This document shows, piece after piece, positions 1 through 61,900 of a stretch of DNA of 64,000 nucleotides (position 1 is the first letter of the stretch; each line of letters starts with the position of its first letter). A program made the position numbers and the translations under genes. The stretch is from Podarcis filfolensis. Lineage: Eukaryota. Under the pieces are notes generated by a model. It saw only the letters and a list, made by a program, of their open reading frames with translations, searched no databases and was not told the origin of the DNA. The DNA is taken from NCBI GenBank assembly GCA_964270895.1, contig OZ185436.1; one strand, given 5' to 3'.

Positions 1-419
1 ACATAATCTGAAGCTGCTAAAGCTTTTGTCGGAAAGCTTTCACTGTAGTGTGGCACTGCAAAAGGAGGGGGAGGAGAGAAATTTCATATGCATATTAAAT
101 GCAGATTTCAAAATATCTGTCATAATTTATGAAATACAATGCATCTCACTAAAGGTGACCCACCTGTCTGCTCTGTCTTACGTTCAGCTGCTAAATGTTG
201 ATAAGCAGCATCTCAGCAAATCGTGCCTCTCCCTTTTCCCTAGTCAAGGGTCAGAGTATCTTGGAACATCACCTGAATTGCCTTTTAGGGAACATTTTAT
301 TTCTGATCCTCAGGCGGATCAAACATAATCCACACTACTTAGCCGTCTGCCTCCAGAGGGTCAAATATATGGGTCTCCAAAACACAAACTGAGGCAAGTC
401 TAAATATAAGTGGAAGTGG

Positions 420-540
420 GGTTATTGATCGGTTTTGCTCTTGTTTTATTATGTATTTTGTGTTTACATTTTGTATTTTTATCTTGTGAACCACCCTGTG
501 ATCTTCAGATGAAGGGCTGTATACAAATTTATTTATTTTT
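420..540 (+). mobile_element. LINE (L2-like) 3'-end fragment
   Basis: T-rich segment ending TGTGAACCACCCTGTGATCTTCAGATGAAGGGCTGTATACAAATTT; a related sequence occurs inverted at about 57950-58070. Confidence 0.5.
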
Positions 541-765
541 TTAAATTAAGTATTTGCCATAAGCTACTGTCTGTCCTGTGGGGAGGTTGCATGCTTTGCC
601 CTCCCTGCACTTTGTTGTTGTTTTTTTGTTGCATTTACCCATGAGCAATTACTTGTGCATCCTGATCCTGAATGCATCATACTAGTGCAGCCATCTTGAC
701 TTGTAAGTGGTACATAAAGTAATAAATAATAATAAAATTCATCATCACCCTATACATGCTGCTTG

Positions 766-1233
766 TTGTTGTTTAGTCGTTTAGTCGTGTCCGACTCTTC
801 GTGACCCCATGGACCAGAGCACGCCAGGCACTCCTGTCTTCCACTGTCTCCCGCAGTTTGTTCAGACTCATGTTTGTAGCTTCGAAGACACTATCCAACC
901 ATCTCGTCCTCTGTCGTCCCCTTCTCCTTGTGCCCTCCATCTTTCCCAACATCAGGGTCTTTTCCAGGGAGTCTTCTCTTCTCATGAGGTGGCCAAAGTA
1001 TTGGAGCCTCAGCTTCACGATCTGTCCTTCCAGTGAGCACTCAGGGCTGATTTCCTTCAGAATGGAGAGGTTTGATCTTCTTGCAGTCCATGGGACTCTC
1101 AAGAGTCTCCTCCAGCACCATAATTCAAAAGCATCAATTCTTCGGCGATCAGCCTTCTTTATGGTCCAGCTCTCACTTCCATACATCACTACTGGGAAAA
1201 CCATAGCTTTAACTATATGGACCTTTGTTGGCA
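766..1233 (-). mobile_element. 5'-truncated Bov-B/RTE LINE with 14-bp TSD
   Basis: Minus-strand ORF PTKVHIVKAMVFPVVMYGSESW...GVTKSRTRLND* is the RTE ORF C-terminus; (CAA)n-type tail; ATACATGCTGCTTG duplicated at 752-765 and 1234-1247. Confidence 0.93.
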
Positions 1234-2967
1234 ATACATGCTGCTTGCTCAAAAGCAAGTGCCACCAATTTCAATGTGACTTGCTGTCCAGCTGTGTCAC
1301 AAGTACAAAGCAAGAACACTTGGGGTCGCAAAGCAAGTCAATTCCCCAGACCAAATAAATCCGTAGTTTCCACTCCCACCCCAATTTTCTTCATTTCCTT
1401 CAACAATATCCCACATAACTCCTACCTTCAAAAGCCTCCCCCAGTTACTTAGTAATATACTTACATTTTCAAGCAATCTTACCCCCAATCAGAAACATAG
1501 TGAGCCACTTCTTCCTTTCATTTCCTTTCCCTTGCCTTGTGCAGTGCATAGCTTGGCTTACTTGCTTGAATTGTCATGAGCTATTTGTTCTGCAAGCACA
1601 TGGTTCGTGACAGGAGTGGGGAGCCTTTGCGGGGCAGCTTTGACAGGGGCAACCCACCTGTCAATCACATTACATAATTATAACATCATATAAAGGCCAC
1701 CTGTCAAAACCCCAAGATTGAGAAGCTCTGCACAAGGGGTGTTGCCAGCAATATGCCTTGCAAGCCTCCTTGTGCTTCTCCTTTCTACCTCAGATGTTGG
1801 AGGTGGAAAGAAGTTGCTGCACAGAGCAGTGTTAGGAGGGATATGACCTCCAGCAAAGGAACTATCAGGAAGCTTCTTTAAGCTCCTAGTTGTTCCTTTG
1901 CAGGATCATGTTTTGCCTGCAGGCTGGAGGTTCCCCACCCCTGGTCTGTGGGGTTCACTAGCTATTGCTTTGTAGGACACCATTCAGAGCAGAATGATAG
2001 GAATGAGACTGGGGCACGTAGATAGAAGTTCCTGCATTTGGGCAGAATGTTGGGACTAGATAGCCTTTTTCACCTTTCCAGCTTTCTGATTCCATATATC
2101 TTTCGGTCATGGACACTCAGCCACAGCATTCCATGCAGTGAAACAACTTGCCTCTTAACCCTTTGGGTATATGGTTGCATTCCTGGCATAAATTTGTCAG
2201 CCTCAGCTTGTCCTGTTTAGTTTTGCTGGACAGGAAATGCTGACTGTAGGTGCAGCCCATGAGGAAGAAGATTTTGTTAACAGGGACTGGTCACATGTGA
2301 ATTAGCATTGAAGGTGGTCAGTTCATTTTTTTAAAACAGAATGTTCATCATTTTATTTGAGAATGGAATGCTCCAGAATCACAGATGTGCCTTTTAAAAA
2401 GGGACAAGTTGCAACCCTCTTTGGAGATCTTGCAGACCTAACATTAGTTCTAAGAAACCATTTCCAGCCAGTGTACGAGATGTTAGTACCAATTTTATAC
2501 AATGCCAGGAACTTATGACTTATCCCCACCCCCTTGAGAGCAGATGTCTCCCAATACTCTGCCACCTCTAAGGGGTTTTTTTGGGGGGGGGAGTGAGGGG
2601 ATGGACTTTTTTTTTAATCTGATCCATACAGCGCCATCTGTCCCACATTCTAATTTTAGTCTGGGTGAACCTGACTTGGAGGAAAATGGTGTTGGTTGGA
2701 GGTCTTGAGTCTCTTGCAGGAGAGGCAATTTTGATATGAAATGAAAGGGTGTGCTTAGCTTTGGCCTTTCAGTAGTCTTTCAGATCCAAGCATCTCCTTT
2801 ACCAAGGAAAAACACTGGGGTTTCATAGACTGTTAGCCTACCAGGCTGCATCCCAAGGGAAGATACAAAACTGCCAACTTCGTTTTCGGTTTGTCCTGAT
2901 ATTTTGGTTGACAGGCAGATGGGCAACTGAGTACTGCCTATTGTACCCACTAGAAGGCAGCTGTACT

Positions 2968-3040
2968 TAGAATCATAGAATCATAGAGTTGGAAGAGACC
3001 ACAAGGGCCATCGAGTCCAACCCCCTGCCAAGCAGGAAAC
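2968..3040 (-). mobile_element. CR1 LINE 3'-end fragment
   Basis: TAGAATCATAGAATCATAGAG is the reverse complement of the CR1 (ATTCTATG)n tail, followed by GTTGGAAGAGACC...GTCCAACCCCCTG. Confidence 0.7.
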
Positions 3041-4013
3041 AAGGCATAGCTACCTGCACTCATGTGAGAATTGCATGACCACACCCATAATCTCTCAACT
3101 AATCTATGTATCCTACCATAGGCCACCTTAAACTCAAATGTGCAAAGCCCCAGCACATATAAACAGTGCTTTAAAATGCAAAGAAATGTAAAGAAGTATT
3201 TCTGAAGATGCTCAAACTAATGCTGTGACAAAGGTACAAGGAAGAGTTTAAAAATTTGTGAGGGGAAGCCCAAAATTTTGTATATTCTATGTTTTCTTAA
3301 AAAAGAAAAGCTTGCAAAAAATGCACAAATAAAATCTGAATCCTATGAGGATCTATATGGATTGTGCAAATTTGCACATATTTGCTTGCTCTGCATTCTT
3401 TTCTTCTGCTCCTCATGACTTACATAAATTGCCTTTGCCAACTAGCCTTGCACTACAGTGCATTTGGATGTAGTCAAGAAATGAAGAGGATTGTGGGAAG
3501 TGAAATGACCTTGTTTTCTGTAACTAAGGTGATTGCCTATAGTTCTGTGGCCTGGATCCTAGATCATACTAAGCTCTTGGGTCTCTGTTCAACCTGAATG
3601 TTATAAGTTTATCAGTGGTGGGAGCTCATACACATAAATCAACGATTTGCTTTAGACTCAGCTTCCTTATTCATGCCTGGCTGCATTTATCTTACCACCC
3701 CTGGGTTTGGAGAGAGTAGACTCTGCTAAAATAGCTCTTGATCTCTGTAACTTGGAGATTGTGAACATGCTGGCATTTGAGTTCAGCAGCAATATCTGTG
3801 CCTGGACAGTGCAGTTGCAAAATGTGGAATACTCACAGGCTATGGGTCTGCTTTTCTACATGCCTTTGCTGTCTAGCCTCAGCCTTTTGATGGTGAACTC
3901 AAGGAAGCATTATTTTTTAATCTTAATGCCCAATGTAGAGAATGTGGCCTTTACATATGATAGGCACAATTTGTTAAGGCCCTTCCAAGATCTGTTGAAG
4001 TCTTTAAGATCAC

Positions 4014-4014
4014 G

Positions 4015-4055
<41 letters not shown>

Positions 4056-4064
4056 GATGATGAT
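4014..4064. repeat. (GTT)n/(GAT)n microsatellite
   Basis: About 14 GTT units followed by 3 GAT. Confidence 0.95.
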
Positions 4065-6657
4065 CTATCCATCTTCCCCAAAGATGAAAGCACTTCAGTT
4101 TGAGGTCTCTGTATATTCATAATTTCTACCTACCTTGAGCCTTCCAGGCACAGGTAACTAAATAATGAAATCATAAACGTGTAGAAAAATACTTCTGAAG
4201 CACTGTAAGAGTGCAGAGAACATGGGAACACTGGTACACTTCATATCCAACCAGGGTTCCTGTTCCTCACATTCATCCCCACATTTTCTACCCATGCCCA
4301 CATTATACCTGGCCATACTATTGGAGATTGCTGTATGAGAGGAGTGTTTGATCTCCCTCCTTCTTTCAGCAGGAAGCTCTAGCAGTCAAAGTCACTGGTG
4401 AATCTCCCATAATGCACCTGGCCTCTCTTTAATCAGTGCTTTTCTGTCCCATGCTTCCCACTTCAAGGCACTATTGTGGCTGCTGCTTCTGGCGTTTCAT
4501 CTCTCAGGCCCCTTTGTGTTCCCTTCCTAGGGCAACTGCATAGCACTTGGGTCCAGCTTCAAAGCATCAGCCACATGGGTTTCAATAGGCAGGGGGTGGC
4601 TTTAAACAAAGCCAGTTTTCTTCACTAACCCATGGTTCATTGTATGGCTGAGCTTGACAGTTTGGGTAGGGAGGGCCTAATGCCCATCATGATGCCCATC
4701 AGTAGACAGCCATATATTCATGTTCCTGCTTACGTGGTTAGAGCCAGGATGAAGAGGCCACTGGTACCCCAGGAGGAGCACTGGGCTGGTCATTCTGAAA
4801 CATATTGAAAAGAAATATTTTCATTCCCATTATTTTCTTCTTTTATCCTGCTAAATTCCAAATTGCTTCTGCCATCCAGTGCTGCCTGCCTGGTATACCT
4901 GTTTGCAAGATTCCTGTAATCCACCATTGAGAATCAGTGGGCATAGTAGCTGATAATTGCCCATTGTAAGAGCATCTCCTTCAGTCTGAGTAGGAGGTTT
5001 ATGCTTTAGGTGTTAAATATTTTACCCCTGCTAATTGCAGCTTCTCCACCATCCCCTCTGCCCAGTTCCACGAGGGACACATGTCCCTTGGTCCCTTCCT
5101 TCGTGTGTCCACATACAAGGAATCTGTCTTGGGACTTTCCAAAGTAAACTTACCTCCTCAGTCCCAAGAATAGCCAGGTTTGCCCAGCTGCTAAAGTGGA
5201 GTGGTGTGTGGAGGAGCAGACAGACCAACAACTGATAAAAGGGCATAGAGGGGATATAATGTCACTCTTCAGACCCTATTGAGAAGAAGCAAGAGGTTGG
5301 TAGCTGTGGCAGCTAATAAAGTAAGGAGCTGGAAGCAAAGCTTTCCCCGCAACACTGTGCCCCTGTGAATTACTCAATATGTTTAGGAAAGTCTCGGATC
5401 ACACCTACAATTAGCTGCAACCAGCTGTCTGCCCTGAAACCAAATAGGTGCCATAGCCCCAGCTCATTGCAAACACATCCAGATGCAGCTGGGAGACTCT
5501 TGGGGCTTTGTTCATGAGGCTATCCTGAGGCTGCCAGTGTGGGAAATCCATGGCTTTTGGCAGCCAAATTTTGGTTTCTACAATACTTACTGCCAAGGTC
5601 TGCTGTCCCTTCTTCATTTACTGTCCTCCATTCACGTATCCACTCTCGGCTGCCCTTTCTTGCTCTCTCAGCTCGTACCTTCTGTTGTCTGCTGGGCTCC
5701 CCCACCAACACTGCCTGAAACAACCACCAGCACTCGGGCTGTTACTAGTTAGTTACTCAGCTAATGGTTTAATTACAGACTCCCTCCACAGGGTCCTTCC
5801 ATTAACCCAGCAAGGGGGAAGGAAAAATTACACAAAGAGCAGCTATGACATGCTTGCTTCCCAGTCCCCTCTCTAGCCTGCCTTTAAAGCCCTGAGTGCC
5901 ACTAATGTATGTTCCCCACTAGGGGCTCTGACTCTTGCCCTTTGCAGCTGAAGGTACAGGTCTCTTGGCTGATTAGCTGCGACAAGCTAAGAGGCTATGT
6001 GAAGCCCGCAAGGAAGGCTTAGGTGCCGCCACAGTGTACCCACACATACAACCGAGCGACTCCCCTTGCAGTTTTCTAGCAGTGTACATTGGGTGTACAT
6101 CCTTCCCACCGTCCCCATTTGGGAGAGGCAGAGCTGATGTGCTACCCAATGTCACACAGATTATAATGGCAGAAAGAACACATCAAAGCAAATGGCGCAC
6201 AGGCCAAATTGAAGGTTTGTCTCAGGGCATTGTCCCTGAAAGGCATGCCAGACAGCCTGAACATAGTTGCCAGTTCACACCTATGCTGTCCAGGTATGTG
6301 GCTGCTGTTTCACTGCCATCTTGGCCCTTCTGTCAGGTTCCAGGCCCTGCTACTTCAGCCCCTTGGTTAATAGTGAATGAGGGGTGTGGTGCTGCTTCTT
6401 CTATTGCAGGCATTGCTCCTAGAAAATGAGGGGGGCATTTCTTCCCAGTTTAGCATGAGGAGGGAGCCATGTGGATAGAGAAATGCAGCGGTTGGGAGTG
6501 GGGCAGAGACAGCAGTAGGCCATTAAGTATGCAGTTTTCAGCCAGCTCAAATTGTAGCTGGGGAACATACTACTAGGGTTGTAGGAAACCATAATGCAGT
6601 CGTTGCAGGTAGCTGTCCTTCCCAAACTGATGTTTGTAGCATGTAGTGACTATAAAC

Positions 6658-6837
6658 CAGTGGCGTAGCGTGGGGGGTGCAGGGGGGGCCGGCCGCACCG
6701 GGCGCAACATCTGGGGTTAGGGCAAATCCATGGGTTAGGGGGCGCAAACCCACGGGTTAGGGGGCGCAAATCCATGGGTTAGGGGGCGCAAATTACTTGC
6801 CTTGCCCCGGGTGCTGACAACCCACGCTACGCCACTG
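6658..6837. mobile_element. 180-bp hAT MITE with perfect 17-bp TIRs and an internal 22-bp tandem repeat
   Basis: CAGTGGCGTAGCGTGGG (6658-6674) / CCCACGCTACGCCACTG (6821-6837); 8-bp TSD CTATAAAC at 6650-6657 and 6838-6845. Confidence 0.93.
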
Positions 6838-7565
6838 CTATAAACAGTCACATCACTATTCTTCAGTCTCAAAGACCCAGCTGTAGGGAAGCCTGGCCCC
6901 AAGACTTTTATTTGTCTCAGGTGGCGAATCATCAAAGGCAGCTGATTGGCACAGACGCTCCACCGTCTCCTTCTGCTCGCTCCTGCCACCGGGTTTGCTG
7001 CCCCTGTTTTTTTGTCTACCTAGTTTTCTGTTTCCTACCATTCCCTCCAGCTCACTTGCTGGTACTCCTGCTGCTCCCTCCACAGTAGAAAGCTTAGTCC
7101 AGGATGGGGCAGGATCCTTCATAGGAGGTGGAGCATGTGGAAGCTCCATTCCATGTAAGCGGGCGATGAGGAGAGGCCAGGATAGAGCACAGAGCAGCTT
7201 CCTGATTCCCTCCAGCCTCCTTTACAGTCACTCCCCTCACAGCTGTGCTCAACTCTGAGCTTTTGAGCATTTGCCAGGGAAACAAGCCCCCATCCATGCC
7301 TTGACTTCGCCAACATGGAGCTGCCAACACTGAGATGGAAAAGCTGAGGGATATGAAGCCCTGCCCCTTCTACAGCCAGTGTGTTAAGAGGTTTGAGGGA
7401 ACTTTCTTTTGGAATAGCATCATTTTTAATTGAAGGAGTGGAAAGAGTGTGTTTTATTTAGTGAGGTGTGAGATTTCTGAGGAGACACCAAGCACACTGC
7501 AGCTCAGTCTTTATGCTAGTTTGAAAGGAGAAGGACTGTTAGAGCAACTATTTTTTTAAAAATGA

Positions 7566-7795
7566 GACAATTTAGGCTCAATTGAATTCAACAGGGTTTA
7601 CATCTGAGTAGAGGATTGTGTTGTTAGGCCGCAATCTTAAATAAATGCACAGGCCAAGGTTGCAATCCAGCACCTCCTTACCTAGGCATAAGCTCAATTG
7701 AACTCCTGAGTGGGCATGTAAAGTATTGTGCTGTAACTTCCATTGAGTTCAGTGGGATTTGCATTTGGTTAAACATGCTTAGATTTGCACTGCTA
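7566..7795. repeat. Degenerate tandem copies of a short, old palindromic MITE-like repeat
   Basis: Recurrent GCTCAATTGAA/CCATTGAGTTC and GCAATC...GATTTGCAC motifs; related pieces at about 39760-39860 and 53370-53420. Confidence 0.4.
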
Positions 7796-8955
7796 AAGAC
7801 GGATACAGGTTAATTTGTACCCACTGTACTGACTCTACCATTAGATAGAATGAGGGGGCTGTCTCAGGCTGCTGATTTAGGATGTCATGAAAAGGCAGCA
7901 AATTGTTAGTTATTTAATGCATTATTATAATAATAATATTATTTTTTACTGCTAGGGAGGGGGAGGGGGAGATGTGCATGTGGGATTTTCTGCCTCAGAT
8001 GCCAAAATGCCCTTGACTAGCGGGGGTGAGGCATTTGCTGCTTTGCCTCAGGCAGTAAAATGTTGGTGGCTGGCCCTGGCTGTGCGGATGGATTCCAGTT
8101 GTCCTTTTTCTCCTTCTCATCCTTGTTCAGAGGGATCCAGGAGCCTGAGCTCTCAGCCCGGCAATCGTGCAATATCCTTCCCATAATAGAAATGAGCAGA
8201 AAGCTCAAACATGAATCTTTCTAGAAACCTCCCTAATATCCATGTTCAGATCTCAGTTGGTTCCCCCCCCCCTTGTTTACTTCCCATCTCCACCTCTCCA
8301 GTCTCGCAAAACCTTGCAGGATTCAAAAGGATTGCAAAGAATTTTTCTCAGCACATTTCCCAGACCCTTTCCTCAGCTGCTGTCTCTAAAGTGGGTCACG
8401 GGTGGTGCAGGGAGCCAAGAGCTTTATGAAAAACATGTCTGGGTTTTTAAAGGCACATCTGCCTAAGTCTGTAAAGCTTACTCTGAATATGCAGCTCAGC
8501 TCAGCAAATGGGGGGGGGGGGCGCAGATTTTTTTCTCTCTCTCCTCTTCTTGGGTAGTGTCCGGACAAGCACTCTTCCACATACAAAACATACACCAGAC
8601 ATGCCACAGTGGAGGTAGAAGGGAACCCAGAACCCCTGCTGTTGTTCTCCAAAGATTGACATGAAAACAGAGACTCAGAAGTAGATAAACATGTTATAGG
8701 TTTTGCAGCATGTGTTGAAAATGCAATAGAAAAATAAGAAATCCTGATTTACTAGGTTCTCTTTGTACAAGACTGCAGAGTTGGAAAAACAACCCTGGAG
8801 TCCTGCTTTCCATGCTTTAGTCTCATGGTGTGTGCTGTGCATATCTAAGGATTGGTAGGAAATTGCAGTAGTCCATCAGGAGATAAACTGGAATTGCTTG
8901 ATCGAGTGGCATAATAAGCCTGTAGCCCTGACCCTCTCATCTCCTATCTCAGCAG

Positions 8956-59271
<50,316 letters not shown>

Positions 59272-61900
59272 GGGGCTGAGAAGGGACTGAGGGACCATAA
59301 CACCCCCCCCCAAAAAAAACCCCAATGCGGCACTGTTGCCGTGGCCTGAACATTTTAATTTTTTCCTGGAAGAAAGGGTGGGGAAGAAGAGAATGGCACA
59401 GGGCTGGGGAATGAATGGAGGAGAGAAGGTGGAAGAAAGAGCTGAGTGAGGCAGAGGGCTTCTCCGAGGAGAAGGGAGGGGCAGCCATTTTGTCCGTCTT
59501 TCCTTCCATCCAATTAGATTTCCAGACAGAAAGTGGCACGTGGCCTATCTGGTTATGTCCGTTTTCCTTCTCCAGGCAAATAAATGCAGTGGAGGAAAGA
59601 GAGCTGAATCTAGGCAAAAGGATCAGACTTATTTTGACAATACCTTCTAGACAATTGGGGGGGGGGGGATGAACCAAGAAATTAGGGTGGGAAAGTAAAA
59701 AAGCTGACATAATAATATTTTTTTTTAATGTTACGAAAATCAAAGCCATGAGGGTTCCACATGCAGAGACTGGGGCACCTGGGGAAATGCCCTGCCCTGC
59801 GCCCTGGCTCAGAGCCTGCTCCCCACCCCTCGCCTCCCATAGCTGAAGAGTATGAGGGACAAACAGGGCCATGTGGCACTCGGCCTAGTCGGGGTTTAGA
59901 TTCAACCGTTGCCAAAAAAGAGAGACAAAAGACAGAGAAAGGTATGAGGGTGGGGGGAGAGGAAGGAGCTGTTCAGGTAACGCTATGCTGAGAACCTGCC
60001 TTCCAGTATTTGTTGGCTGTCACAGTTTATCAACAGGGTTTGCATCAAGTTCTTCAGCTCTTTCAGATTGGCAGGAAAGCTTTGCTTTGATTCTTTCCTC
60101 TCTCTCTCTTTTATTTTTTTAAATTAAAGCCCACATAGGAATGTTTGAAATGCACCATTGCTTCTGGGGAAGGAGAAAGTAGCACTGAGGTGTGGCTGTC
60201 CTTAGATTTTTTTTTCATTTGTATGGCCACACATGGTGGCCTTTCCCCCTCCTAGTTGCTTTAGGGCCACCGAGCCTGACGTAAAATTGCACAATAAGTA
60301 AGAGATGATGAGGGGTGGGGTGGTGGTAGCGGAGGGGGCATTTCTTCCCGTTTCACTCAGTTCCACCACTCGCCCCCACGGCCTGCTAAGTTCCAGCTCC
60401 AGACATTTAGAAAGTGATGCAAGACTGCTCTCACCTTCCTTCTGTTTCATTCCTGCCCACGAAGACGCAAACGTCAGGAGTATCCTGCAATGCAAATATG
60501 GCTGCCGTCAGAACACATTTGGGACTACATGGGAGAAAGTAGGAGTGTTGAACTCTCCCCCGCCCCCCAGACTGGATGGATTGTCCTTCAGAAAAACAGA
60601 CAAACAGAACAAAACAAAAAACAGCAACAAAAACACTAACCCAGACTGCACTTTTTTTCCACCCAAAGGAAAAAGAAATAGCAAATCTCCCTCTTCAAGC
60701 ACAACTCCGACTTTTCTCACCAACTCTCGGCCTGGGAGAGTTGGGGAAGCAACCAGTCTCACCTAGAGGCACCATATCTCCGGGGCGGGCGGCGGGCGGG
60801 GTCCAAATGGGTTGGGAAGCGGGGGATGTGATACCAATTGAAATGCTGTAAATATGAAAACCTAAAAACAAATCAGAGAATTGATTTACTCACTTGAAAA
60901 AAGGAAAAACAAACCAAGGAACTTTTCTGTCTGGGTTTTAAATATATCTATATCTATATAATATATATAGATATATAGTACTCAGCTCTGCTCTGGCCCC
61001 ATGCGTGGTATGGGAGCATGGAAGGGAAAATGGGGGGGGGGGAAATCCCTTCTTTGACAAAGACAACTGGGGGAAACCCGCCGAGAGCAGATTTTTACAA
61101 TCAAAAAAGAGGAAAAAAAACATTTTGGCACAATTTTTATGTAATATATAACATATACTGCGTCATTTCTGTGACCTTGAAGCATTTCCCCTTTCCTGCC
61201 AGATGAGGTACCTTTTTCATACATCTCCACATGAAGTTGGTTATTTTCTCATTAACTGCCACTTTGGAATTGTGGGTGGGGGAAAAAACACTTTTACTGC
61301 AAGACCCAAAGATGCTGTAATGCTGTAGGTTACAGAAAAATCCTTCGCTTTTAAGAATTTTAAGAGGGGACAGAGTAGTTTCATTTCATCATCATCATTA
61401 TTTTTAAGCAGCCATGTCTTACCTATTTAGGAATTTCCAGGCTAGATGTCACGTTATATCAAAAAGGGAAATGGTGTGTGGTTTTGCCACTTGGAGTCTT
61501 GAAATGTTTGTTCTCCTGCTTTTATTTTATTTTGTTTTTTTTTTTATTATTATTATTGCATCTTTTGTCCTCTCCCAGTTAATGGAATTGCTAAGAGACT
61601 TGGTCAAAAGCAGAAGGCGAGGGTTTGGCATTCTTAGAAGTGTACCTTCCTTGGAATAGGCAGGGGCTTCCTTTCTCTGTGCCATATTGTGGCAGGAAAG
61701 AAGAGCCATCGTCACTCCTTGTTGCCTGCTTACATCTCTTACCCCAGTGCCACAAGCTAAGACCCAAGGAGCCAATATTAAATTGCCCTGTACAGTGGCA
61801 GCACAATCAATCAAGTCCTCCTTTTCCATCAGGAGACAGCACTAACCCTGATGACAGTGAGCTTTCTTCTTTCTTTCGGTTTCTTGCTCCATGTTCGCCT
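59272..61900 (+). other. ADGRL1: ADGRL1 3' UTR (end not determinable)
   Basis: Follows the stop codon; non-coding with U/A-rich blocks. Candidate PAS AATAAA at 59579-59584 and ATTAAA at 61777-61782; neither is confirmed. The end coordinate is approximate. Confidence 0.6.

Noticed and set aside
801-1358. 185-aa + strand ORF
   Set aside because: It is the antisense shadow of the Bov-B ORF, not a gene.
6714-6790. CRISPR-like or interstitial telomere interpretation of the 22-bp repeats
   Set aside because: There are no unique spacers and no (TTAGGG)n array; the repeats lie inside a hAT MITE in eukaryotic DNA.
1-8955. Signal-peptide (first coding) exon of ADGRL1
   Set aside because: I found no ATG-initiated hydrophobic exon of about 70 nt ending in a phase-1 donor. 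It is probably upstream of the window, although a diverged copy could have been missed by eye.
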